Shown piece after piece: positions 1 to 7,496 of a stretch of 34,232 bases of DNA (positions within the stretch are counted from its first letter, which is position 1; each line of letters opens with the position of its first letter). The translations under genes were made by a program, and so were the position numbers. The stretch is from an uncultured Candidatus Saccharibacteria bacterium. GTDB taxonomy: Bacteria > Patescibacteriota > Minisyncoccia > Phycocordibacterales > Phycocordibacteraceae. The notes under the pieces were generated by a model. The model was not told the origin of the DNA. It saw only the letters and a list, made by a program, of their open reading frames with translations, and did no database searches. The DNA lies in the NCBI GenBank assembly GCA_964418065.1, contig CAYQJR010000001.1:8599-42830 (forward strand). Direction: 5' to 3'.

Positions 1-430
1 ACGTTAAGTTCGGAACCACGACCGCAGCAAGCGTAACGAATGTGAGCAGCAGCACCATCACGGCTATCGCCCCTGCACATCCTGCAGGAATAGTGAATGT
101 AACGGTGACAACGCTCGCAGGCACGAGCGCAACAAGCTCGGCAGACCAGTACACCTACACAGTGGTACCAGCAAGTCCGACAGTCACTTCGGTATCGCCA
201 ACAAGCGGTCCGACAACAGGCGGCACCCTCGTGACCATCAGCGGTACCGATCTTACCGGCACTACTGACGTTAAGTTCGGAACCACGACCGCAGCAAGCG
301 TAACGAATGTGAGCAGCAGCACGGTTACGGCAGTCTCGCCCGCTCATGCTGCAGGAATAGTGGATGTGACCGTTACGACCGCTGGCGGTACCAGCGCAAC
401 AAGCTCGGCAGACCAGTTCACGTACGTGGC
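1..430 (+). repeat. 267-bp in-frame tandem repeat (IPT/TIG domain units)
   Basis: nt 1-55 are identical to nt 268-322. The rest of each unit is diverged but colinear (ends ...SADQYTYT / ...SADQFTYV). Confidence 0.8.
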
Positions 431-1256
431 ACCCGTCGCGACAAGTACCGTCAGCGTCACGATAGATAAATTCGTAGATGGAGCGATGGCAACAGCGTCC
501 TCAAGCAACAGCGGCGCGTTCCCCATGAACGCGACATGGAATGACCCAGCGGGCATCGGTTCCGGATCGGGACAGTTCACCTTGAATGCAAGCTCAACGC
601 CCGCCTACGAAGCACAAACGGTGGAATTCAATCTCGGAAGCAACTACAGTACGAGCGAAGCAACAACGAGTCCGGCCTTGGTAGGTACCGCTTGCACCGC
701 TTCAAGCACTCCGCAATTCGCGCTAGTTGGATACACAACGGGTAACTCGTTTGTGGAAGCGGCAGCGGGCACTCCAACCACGACAACTCCGAGCTTCACC
801 GCCATGACCCAAGATAAGTTCGTAATCGTGTGGAACACAACCTGCGCGGGTAATGCACTCGGCGTTCCGCCTGGAGAAGCTCCGGTAGAAGCAATAGATA
901 CCACCGCAACGGCTGACGGTACGTTCGCCAATGGCTGGAAGTATATCTTCAACGTCACGGTACCGACCTTCGAACCCAATATCGCGATGCTGTTTAGCGA
1001 CTGGTTCAACACCGCCAACTCGACAAGCTTCTCGGTAGCAAACAATATCCGCATCTCGTCAGCACAAGCGGATAACGGAGGGGCGACAATTCTTGTCACT
1101 GCGCCAAACACGTACACGACTCCGGACCTGCATATCACGGGAGACTTGAGCACCACAACGCCTGGAATGCAGATAGAGATACTCGTGGAGGCGGCAGTTC
1201 CTGCGGGAACACCAAGCGGCTCGTACAGTACGAATTACAGCATCAGAAGCCAGTAG
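1..1256 (+). CDS. IPT/TIG-repeat cell-surface protein, 5'-truncated by the window edge (frame enters at nt 3)
   Basis: Frame 3 is open from nt 3 (VKFGTTTAASVTNVSSS...), so the GTG at 42 is not the true start. There are two ~89-aa units with the IPT/TIG pattern (GPxxGGTxVTIxGxxLxGxxxVKFG...AVxPAHxAGxVxVTVTTxGGTS). A ~270-aa T/S/A-rich unique C-terminal domain follows. Stop at 1254-1256. Confidence 0.75.
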   Translation, partial: VKFGTTTAASVTNVSSSTITAIAPAHPAGIVNVTVTTLAGTSATSSADQYTYTVVPASPTVTSVSPTSGPTTGGTLVTISGTDLTGTTDVKFGTTTAASVTNVSSSTVTAVSPAHAAGIVDVTVTTAGGTSATSSADQFTYVAPVATSTVSVTIDKFVDGAMATASSSNSGAFPMNATWNDPAGIGSGSGQFTLNASSTPAYEAQTVEFNLGSNYSTSEATTSPALVGTACTASSTPQFALVGYTTGNSFVEAAAGTPTTTTPSFTAMTQDKFVIVWNTTCAGNALGVPPGEAPVEAIDTTATADGTFANGWKYIFNVTVPTFEPNIAMLFSDWFNTANSTSFSVANNIRISSAQADNGGATILVTAPNTYTTPDLHITGDLSTTTPGMQIEILVEAAVPAGTPSGSYSTNYSIRSQ

Positions 1257-1282
1257 CGGGTGTTGAGCTAATTAAAAATCTT

Positions 1283-1777
1283 ATGACACGCACTATTAGA
1301 AACTTGCTAGGAGGTACGGCGATGCTCGTAGCACTAGGGTCCTTCGCACCACTCGCAGGCGCAGTCTCGGTAATCTCCGGTACGCTCAACTCCTCAGCAA
1401 GCGGCTCGTCAGTTACGAGCGGTACCATCAGCGGGAGCACTGGAGGCAGCACAAGCGGAGGTAGTATTGGCGGCACGGTTTCTGGAGGCTCAGGCTCCAT
1501 TTCCGGCACGGTCGTAGGAGGTGCTTCTGGAGGTGGAGGGGGCGGCGGGGGTGGGGGTGGGGGTAGTATCTCGCCGATTGCCGGCGGAGGAGGCGGTGGA
1601 GGAGCTCTAGCTCCTACCGACTCGGGAGGCGGGGGTTCGGTCCTCGGTGCCGCCACCGATGTACCCAACCTGCCTAATGCCGGCGCAGGCGGAAATGCTC
1701 CTCAAATGCTCCTCGTATTCCTCTCGGCGCTGATTGGAACTCTTGGGTCCATCTATCTCGCCCGACGCATCACTTGA
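1283..1777 (+). CDS. Secreted Gly/Ser-rich protein with a C-terminal LPXTG-like (LPNAG) sortase sorting signal
   Basis: ATG start. N-terminal signal peptide (LLGGTAMLVALGSFAPLAGA). Low-complexity S/G/T body with a G12 run. C-terminus is LPNAG, then a hydrophobic helix (MLLVFLSALIGTLGSIYLA), then a basic tail (RRIT). Confidence 0.7.
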   Translation: MTRTIRNLLGGTAMLVALGSFAPLAGAVSVISGTLNSSASGSSVTSGTISGSTGGSTSGGSIGGTVSGGSGSISGTVVGGASGGGGGGGGGGGGSISPIAGGGGGGGALAPTDSGGGGSVLGAATDVPNLPNAGAGGNAPQMLLVFLSALIGTLGSIYLARRIT

Positions 1778-2315
1778 TCGCGACGCGGCCGAGCGCGGCA
1801 GGCTTGGAGACATACGGCGCAGCAAAGAATTGAACAACGAACGTAGTCTGCTCTCCTCGATAGAGACCGCGCGCAATCCCAACTCCAACCTTCGTGAATG
1901 ACTTGTCGACTATGTTGGATTTGTGCGAGGGAGATTGCATCCACGCTTGTTCAATGACCTCGGAGGTACTGAAGCCTTTCGCGAGATTCTCTCCGGCGCG
2001 CGTGTAGTAATAGCCCGAGGAAACAAGCCATGACCATGGCTTGTTTCCGTTTGGCGAGATATGCGAGAAATACCCCTGCCGTACCATGTCCTCAGCCTTT
2101 CTTTGAGCCGCCGCACTTAAGCGAGAATCTTCTTGAAGTGCTTGGACTCCGTTCGCTGCCCTATCTTGATTGGTAAGCGCCACAAGCTTCGAGACACTGA
2201 TGGGCGCGTTTGAGGTCTCGGCATGTGCCGACGCAGGAACCATGCAAACAACAAAAAACACCCCGAGGAGGTATAGGGATGTATGAGCGGTGGGTGCACT
2301 TAATGCAATCTTCAC
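1770..2315 (-). CDS. Secreted CAP/SCP (YkwD-like) domain protein
   Basis: GTG start and signal peptide. CAP-domain pattern LTNQDRAANGVQAL...AAQRKAEDMVRQGYFSHISPNG...GENLAKGF...AWMQSPSHKSNI. The 3' end overlaps the convergent gene by 8 nt. Confidence 0.8.
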   Translation of the reverse strand: MKIALSAPTAHTSLYLLGVFFVVCMVPASAHAETSNAPISVSKLVALTNQDRAANGVQALQEDSRLSAAAQRKAEDMVRQGYFSHISPNGNKPWSWLVSSGYYYTRAGENLAKGFSTSEVIEQAWMQSPSHKSNIVDKSFTKVGVGIARGLYRGEQTTFVVQFFAAPYVSKPAALGRVAIK

Positions 2316-2363
2316 CCAGACACTATAACCGTGAACGCAAGATGAAGGAAGTGGAAAACTCTC

Positions 2364-2975
2364 TTATGTCCCGGGTTCCTTCACTATATTGGCGAATTCC
2401 GTGTAGACAACGAGGCGTTTGTTATAGGTCCGCTGGCCGATGAGCCAGGTACCTGCGCAGGTGATGAGATTGAGGCGGGCGGCGTCGTCGCGAGTAAATA
2501 TTATATCAGTCGGCGCATCGTTGTAGGGGTACGATTGAATATCTACCACGATGAAACGAAGCTTGGTACCATCCTCGCTAACGACGTAGATATCGTCGCC
2601 TGTCTTGATATCGGCCAGGCGCTTGAATACGCCCGCGAGCGCGAGCGCATTGTCAACATGTCCGTCAATAACGGCGCTTCCGAGCTGTCCGGGCGCGACG
2701 CCGTATTTATACCAACCGACGTCTTTAAAATTGTTCGGGACACCCATAGTGCCTTTCGTCGTGATACCCACTTCTTGCACGTGAGCATCAATGGCAAGGG
2801 ATGGGATGAGGAGGCGCAGCGGCTTGCTCTCTTCAGGGACGAAGACGGCTGTCGCCGGAGGCACGAGTATCTCCTCTTCGGGCGCGTAGAGTGCTCCCGA
2901 GAAAACCCACAGAACAATGCCGACGGTAATAACGATGGCCGCCACCACAATACCTGTGGGGACTCGAGCGTTCAT
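2364..2975 (-). CDS. Sortase (class F-like cysteine transpeptidase)
   Basis: N-terminal TM anchor. IPSLAIDAHV, catalytic His in VIDGHVD, LITC catalytic Cys motif, and downstream Arg (NKRLVVY). Confidence 0.85.
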   Translation of the reverse strand: MNARVPTGIVVAAIVITVGIVLWVFSGALYAPEEEILVPPATAVFVPEESKPLRLLIPSLAIDAHVQEVGITTKGTMGVPNNFKDVGWYKYGVAPGQLGSAVIDGHVDNALALAGVFKRLADIKTGDDIYVVSEDGTKLRFIVVDIQSYPYNDAPTDIIFTRDDAARLNLITCAGTWLIGQRTYNKRLVVYTEFANIVKEPGT

Positions 2976-3007
2976 ACGACTAGATGGAGCGTATGGCTCT
3001 AACTCAT

Positions 3008-3160
3008 TTAACCCTCAGTCTCGCGCGCCTTTTCATGACCGGGCTCTGGAACTGCTTCTGACGAAGCATCATCACGCTCCTCTGTCAGATTCTTTTGTTC
3101 CCCGTCCTTGACCGCTGTGCGTGTGTGATCGTCTTCGTGCTTGTGGTTCGGGTCTTTCAT
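3008..3160 (-). CDS. Possible 50-aa acidic small protein upstream of the sortase gene
   Basis: ATG..TAA ORF below the track cutoff (MKDPNHKHEDDHTRTAVKDGEQKNLTEERDDASSEAVPEPGHEKARETEG). No SD and no homology recognised. Confidence 0.2.
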   Translation of the reverse strand: MKDPNHKHEDDHTRTAVKDGEQKNLTEERDDASSEAVPEPGHEKARETEG

Positions 3161-3206
3161 AAGAGTTGCGTTATGCGTATGCGAATAATGGAAGTGAACC
3201 TTGATA

Positions 3207-3683
3207 CTATAAACGATGCGACATGAAAATTGCCTGAATGCGGAGTGTTGAAAAGGCCCCGCCGAAGCGGGGCCTTACTAGGCGTTCGAGCAGCGCGGCG
3301 CCGGGTTCGGCCAGCTCGGCGACGAGATGTTCTCCGTGCGGGAATATGTGAGTCGCGACTCCTGCGAAATCACCTTTGCGCCGCAGACGCAGCCGCACGA
3401 GACTGCCTTTCTGTATCTCCTTGCCGAATTGGGCCAGAAAGAGTTGCTTTTCTTGTCTAGTCCCGTACGTCTCGAGGACGATGATTGGAACAATAGTTCC
3501 TTTTGGACCGAGCTCCCGGCCGTACCGGTCGGTGCACTCCCAGAGGTATTCGGTGTAGAGGGCGTCATGCCTTTTCTTCTTTCTTTCCCTTGCGGTCTTG
3601 CTGGCGGAGTGCGTAAGTGCGTAGCCCACAACTGCAGCGACAGCGACGGCAATCACCATATACAATCCAATATTCATATTCAT
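3207..3683 (-). CDS. Hypothetical single-pass membrane protein
   Basis: The start is moved to the ATG at 3683, which is preceded by GGGAGAG (SD-like, 6-nt spacing). N-terminal TM helix (IGLYMVIAVAVAAVVGYAL). No family recognised. Confidence 0.55.
   Translation of the reverse strand: MNMNIGLYMVIAVAVAAVVGYALTHSASKTARERKKKRHDALYTEYLWECTDRYGRELGPKGTIVPIIVLETYGTRQEKQLFLAQFGKEIQKGSLVRLRLRRKGDFAGVATHIFPHGEHLVAELAEPGAALLERLVRPRFGGAFSTLRIQAIFMSHRL
3251..3274 (-). terminator. GC-rich hairpin plus T-run (minus strand) lying inside the last 23 codons of the 3207..3683 ORF
   Basis: GGCCCCGC-cgaa-GCGGGGCC (3255-3274) preceded by AAAA on the plus strand, which reads TTTT after the stem on the minus strand. 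Confidence 0.5.
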
Positions 3684-3806
3684 CTTCAGCTCTCCCGAGT
3701 TCGTTGCGGTTAGAATGCCTGGATGTTTCCGAACAGAAAGTATCAAGAAATACTTGTGTTGTCAATTTCTAGCCCCGGCGAACCAGCAGTTTGCTAAGAT
3801 GCTCTT

Positions 3807-4058
3807 ATGAGCAAAAAAGAATCTGGTAATGGCATGGTACATAGGATGCCGGCGGATGTACGAAAGGCTCTCGGCTCGGCTCCACGGGCGCAAGCAGTCT
3901 GGGCAGATATCACGCCGCTTGCGCGCAACGAGTGGATCTGTTGGGTCACCTCCGGAAAGAAAGCGGAGACGCGAGGTATACGTATTGAAAAGGCGCTTTC
4001 AAAGCTAGGGGGCGGGATGCGCCGACCCTGCTGCTGGGCCGGCTGCCCGCACCGCTAA
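3807..4058 (+). CDS. YdeI/OmpD-associated family protein
   Basis: Pattern MPADVRKAL...A...W..ITPLARNEWICWVTSGKKAETRGIRIEKALSKL is typical of the YdeI family. Confidence 0.65.
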   Translation: MSKKESGNGMVHRMPADVRKALGSAPRAQAVWADITPLARNEWICWVTSGKKAETRGIRIEKALSKLGGGMRRPCCWAGCPHR

Positions 4059-4067
4059 GTCGGGTGA

Positions 4068-4442
4068 TTACATACCCACCTGTACCTTGAATCCGCCGTA
4101 GGAGAAGCGCTTCATGTCAAACGGCATCTGCATCATCTCCTTGCCATATTTCTTAGCAAAATACGCCATGACTTTCTTATTGACCGCGTCACGATGCTTG
4201 CGCGACTTGTAGGTGATGAATGAGAACCAGACCGTCTCCCCCGGCTTAGTCTTAGCCAATTTGGGAAATGTGAGCGTGAGGGACTTGTCCGGCCTCACAT
4301 CGTCAAGAATGCATTCCTTGTAGTTCAGCGCTCCGAATTTCTTCCAGACCTTGCACGCCTCGCGCGCCAGCTTCTTGTATGCCCCAGAGTTCTTCTTCGG
4401 GATAGGTATAACAAATCCGTCAACGTATGTTTCTTTTTTCAT
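4068..4442 (-). CDS. DUF1428 family protein
   Basis: YVDGFVIPIPKKN..AYKKLA..A.KVWKKFGAL.YKEC..DDV...ETVWFSFI.YKSR.HRD.VN.KVM...PFDMKRFSYGGF matches the DUF1428 pattern. Confidence 0.7.
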   Translation of the reverse strand: MKKETYVDGFVIPIPKKNSGAYKKLAREACKVWKKFGALNYKECILDDVRPDKSLTLTFPKLAKTKPGETVWFSFITYKSRKHRDAVNKKVMAYFAKKYGKEMMQMPFDMKRFSYGGFKVQVGM

Positions 4443-4469
4443 GTGTGTAGTATACCAAATGCACTAATT

Positions 4470-5108
4470 TTAGCTTAATGCTTGGCTATTTCTCTCTTGC
4501 ACCGGGAGCGGATGTTCTTTGAGTAGCCGCGCGAGGTATGCGAGATTGTGGGCCATCGTCTTTGCCATCGCTACGGTATATGGCTGTGCGAGGAGTTTCT
4601 TTTTCAGAGCGGCAGGCGTTTTAACATCAAAATGCTTAAGGTATGAGAGCGAGCAGGCCGGCGGGAGAGTTAGACCGTTCCATACCATAAAGTTGGCGAG
4701 GCTTGCTATGACCTGCTGGGCTCCGTCTTCGGCGCCGGTAATCACCATACCGCCCACCTTATTTAAGAACTCCGACTTTCCGGTAGCAACAATCTCGTCA
4801 TTAAGCTCGTCCAGGCGCTCAAGCACGCGCTGTATAAGCGAAGAGTGTCCGTTCCACCAAATAGGCGTGGCGAAGATTATGATGTCTGACTGGATAAGTT
4901 TCGCTAATATTCCCGGCCACTCATCACCACTGCCCATATTACTCTTTGTGCCGGGAAGAATCTTGTATGCGGCGAGGTGGATTATCTCGCTCTCAACATT
5001 GTGCGTCGCAAGCTCGTCGCACAAGATCTCGGATAACACTCTTGTATTAGAAAACACTCTGCCGTCTTTCGGCTTGAGGGTCCCGAGCAGGATGACAGCC
5101 TTGAGCAT
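4470..5108 (-). CDS. Flavodoxin-fold NAD(P)H-dependent FMN reductase-like oxidoreductase
   Basis: MLKAVILLGTLKP...SNT, then SDIIIFATPIWWNGHSSLIQRVLERLD, then GGMVITGAEDG. This is the typical FMN_red/NADPH-dependent FMN reductase layout. Confidence 0.7.
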   Translation of the reverse strand: MLKAVILLGTLKPKDGRVFSNTRVLSEILCDELATHNVESEIIHLAAYKILPGTKSNMGSGDEWPGILAKLIQSDIIIFATPIWWNGHSSLIQRVLERLDELNDEIVATGKSEFLNKVGGMVITGAEDGAQQVIASLANFMVWNGLTLPPACSLSYLKHFDVKTPAALKKKLLAQPYTVAMAKTMAHNLAYLARLLKEHPLPVQERNSQALS

Positions 5109-5198
5109 CGTGTATGGGACACTCTAAGGGACTGCGAGTGATGGCATCATGAAGAGCTCAATTTGAAATGCTTTACGAGCTAACGCGTCTATCATTGT

Positions 5199-5450
5199 AT
5201 GGAAAGCACTACAGACGAAAGAATTGAAGAATTTAAGGTTAGCGGCGACCAAGTCGTTAAGAAGGTCAAAGAGCTTATCAAGGACGGGAATGCGCGTCGT
5301 ATTATCATAAAAAACGAAAAAGGAGATTCTGTGATTGAAGTACCGCTGACACTCGGCGCCATTGGAATCATACTCGCGCCAGCGCTTGCCGCCATAGGTG
5401 CCGTTGCAGCTCTCATAACCAATTGCACCATCGTAGTCGTAAAGAAATAA
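5199..5450 (+). CDS. DUF4342 domain protein
   Basis: EEFKVSGDQVVKKVKELIKDGNARRIIIKNEKGDSVIEVPLTLG followed by a hydrophobic C-terminal segment, the DUF4342 pattern. Confidence 0.65.
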   Translation: MESTTDERIEEFKVSGDQVVKKVKELIKDGNARRIIIKNEKGDSVIEVPLTLGAIGIILAPALAAIGAVAALITNCTIVVVKK

Positions 5451-5485
5451 CTTTCTCCGCTGGCGAAAAGGAATAAGAAGCGACC

Positions 5486-6568
5486 TTAAGCCCTCTTCAC
5501 CAGCATGCGAACGGCGACTGCCGTGGTAATCGGTACTGCGAGCACGAGACCGATTGAGCCAACAAGGATTCTGACAATTTCAGTGGCGAATACTTCACGA
5601 TTCAAAGTGATTCCTATATTCAGGTCAGGAGAACCAAAGAAGAGAAGCAGGAGAGGGAGCGAAGCACCGACGTATGCAATAGCAAGCGTGTTAACGAGAG
5701 CGCCCACATGCTCGCGGCCAATGCGCAACGCTCGCAGGTAGACTTCGTGCCGCTTGAAATGCTGCCCTGCACGAGCTAATTCTTCAACTGAGACAGCCTG
5801 TCCGATTGCCGCATCATACAGAACGCCCAAAAGACCGATGAGTATACTTCCGAGCAGGAGCCCTGCTAGATCTATCGTTCCTCTCGTGTTGAAGTTGAGA
5901 TATGTAATTTCTTCGCTGGACCATCCGGTGAGCGCGGTCATCTCTATAGAGAAGTATGCAAGTATGCCCGTAACCGCGATGGTTAGAACCATACCGATAA
6001 CAGCCGCCGTGGTGGTGCGATTTACCCCATGGGTGAGATAGGACCCGATAAGTACGATGAGAGAAGCGACTCCAATAGATACCGCCACAGGAGAATAGCC
6101 GCTCAAGATACCGGGTAAGAGCATCACGCCGATGAAGAAGAAGCTGGCTACGAGCGCCAGGAGTCCGCGAATGCCCTGCTTGCCGCCGAAAATGACAACA
6201 GCAGCAATGAAGAGCAGCGTAAGCACGACGAGTGCAGCGGTTCTGTCTCGCTCTGCGACGCTGTAGTAATCTCTGCCGTCAACGCCGTTTGTTGTGTGGT
6301 TAATGTAAAATTTATCTCCCTTCTCCAGTTCAAGATAATCGTTTTCAATAGTAACGACCTTACCCTTTTCTGGCCCGTTCAGGATTTCTGCACGAATGGT
6401 CTGCAGATGCTGGGGCAGATCCAGTCCTGCGAGCGTTCTAGTTTCTTCGGACACAACCTCAATAACTTGCGCCTTCATGGTTACAGTCTGGTCGAGCACG
6501 AGTTCTTGTGCGTTTAGCACAGGCGCGCCAATGAAAAAAGCGGCGAGGAAAGGAAGTAACAATTTCAT
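5486..6568 (-). CDS. YibE/F family membrane protein
   Basis: The start is set at ATG 6568 (MKLLLPFLAAFF signal/TM). The longer track ORF would overlap the upstream ZIP gene. An N-terminal extracytoplasmic domain is followed by ~6 TM helices with YibE/F-like GALVNTLAIAYVG. Confidence 0.7.
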   Translation of the reverse strand: MKLLLPFLAAFFIGAPVLNAQELVLDQTVTMKAQVIEVVSEETRTLAGLDLPQHLQTIRAEILNGPEKGKVVTIENDYLELEKGDKFYINHTTNGVDGRDYYSVAERDRTAALVVLTLLFIAAVVIFGGKQGIRGLLALVASFFFIGVMLLPGILSGYSPVAVSIGVASLIVLIGSYLTHGVNRTTTAAVIGMVLTIAVTGILAYFSIEMTALTGWSSEEITYLNFNTRGTIDLAGLLLGSILIGLLGVLYDAAIGQAVSVEELARAGQHFKRHEVYLRALRIGREHVGALVNTLAIAYVGASLPLLLLFFGSPDLNIGITLNREVFATEIVRILVGSIGLVLAVPITTAVAVRMLVKRA

Positions 6569-6573
6569 TGTCT

Positions 6574-7461
6574 TCAGTATAGTATCAGAGCAGCAATTTC
6601 TTGGCGGAGCTCCTCCTCGTGTCCGGGATCCTCGTGAGGCACTAGCGTGATAACGCCATACATGACAATCGCACCCGCCACGAACCAACCCAGATGCTTC
6701 CACACAAGAGACCGCTCCCGGGCGTGGCGCAGAGAATGCGGCAGCAAGTCGTAAAATACTACGGAAAGCACACCCCCAGTGGCAATAGCGAGCAGTATGC
6801 CCTCTACCTCTTCAAAGAGCTCCAATACGAACCATCCGCCAATCGCTCCGGCAAGAATGGTGGTGGAGGTGAGGAAGTTCAACCACAAGGCGCGATTCGT
6901 TGAGTATCCGGCATCGCGTAGGACAAAAAATTCGGCTATCTCCTGCACCACTTCGTGCAGGAAGACACTGGTTGCGGCTGCAATACCGAACACCGGACTT
7001 ACTGAAAAGGTTGCAGCAAGCAGGATACCATCTCCGACATTGTGTATTGAATCGCTTATAAGCATCCGGTGCGCATCCAGATGCGGATGGTCATGCGGGT
7101 GCGGATGCTCGTGCTCATGTTCTTCTTCGCGCGCAGTATGGCTGTGAGGCAACCATGTACACGCAAGCGTGATGATGACACCTCCGCCGATAATCCAGAG
7201 GATTCCCGCCACAACCTCCATGTGTTCAAACACCTCTACCCCAAGCTGCCCTGCGAAGAGTAGGAATACTCCTGCCGCAAAGCTGACCATGACGTGCAGA
7301 TTGCGCTCTATAAACGCGCCCGCGCTGCGCCAGACAAGGAGTTTCCCCGAGAGGGAGGCGAGCATGACTGCACCGCAAGCAATGAGAAGCAGGGTCATGC
7401 TGGTATCATACACAGATGCGAAGCGTTTGTGAGAAGCGACCTGTGTGTAGCGCGGCTTCAT
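6574..7461 (-). CDS. ZIP family divalent-metal (zinc) transporter with a His-rich loop
   Basis: HEHEHPHPHDHPH loop; HNVGDGILLA and FLHEVVQEIAEF motifs. Stop is 5 nt before the YibE/F start. Alternative start is ATG 7398. Confidence 0.8.
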   Translation of the reverse strand: MKPRYTQVASHKRFASVYDTSMTLLLIACGAVMLASLSGKLLVWRSAGAFIERNLHVMVSFAAGVFLLFAGQLGVEVFEHMEVVAGILWIIGGGVIITLACTWLPHSHTAREEEHEHEHPHPHDHPHLDAHRMLISDSIHNVGDGILLAATFSVSPVFGIAAATSVFLHEVVQEIAEFFVLRDAGYSTNRALWLNFLTSTTILAGAIGGWFVLELFEEVEGILLAIATGGVLSVVFYDLLPHSLRHARERSLVWKHLGWFVAGAIVMYGVITLVPHEDPGHEEELRQEIAALILY

Positions 7462-7496
7462 TCACTTTCCATATCCGGCGCTTATACTCCTTCATT

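Noticed and set aside
1243-1668. 141-aa poly-proline ORF on the minus strand
   Set aside because: It is the antisense shadow of the poly-Gly (GGN) tract of the plus-strand sortase-substrate gene. It has no signal or start context of its own.
6569-6703. Upstream extension of the YibE/F ORF (start at 6703)
   Set aside because: It would overlap the ZIP gene 3' end by 130 nt and encodes an Arg/Gly/Cys-rich non-signal sequence. ATG 6568 gives a normal signal/TM start 5 nt after the ZIP stop.
7416-7496. Upstream extension of the dehydrogenase ORF (start at 7416)
   Set aside because: It would overlap the divergent ZIP gene start. ATG 7497 is immediately followed by the TM anchor.
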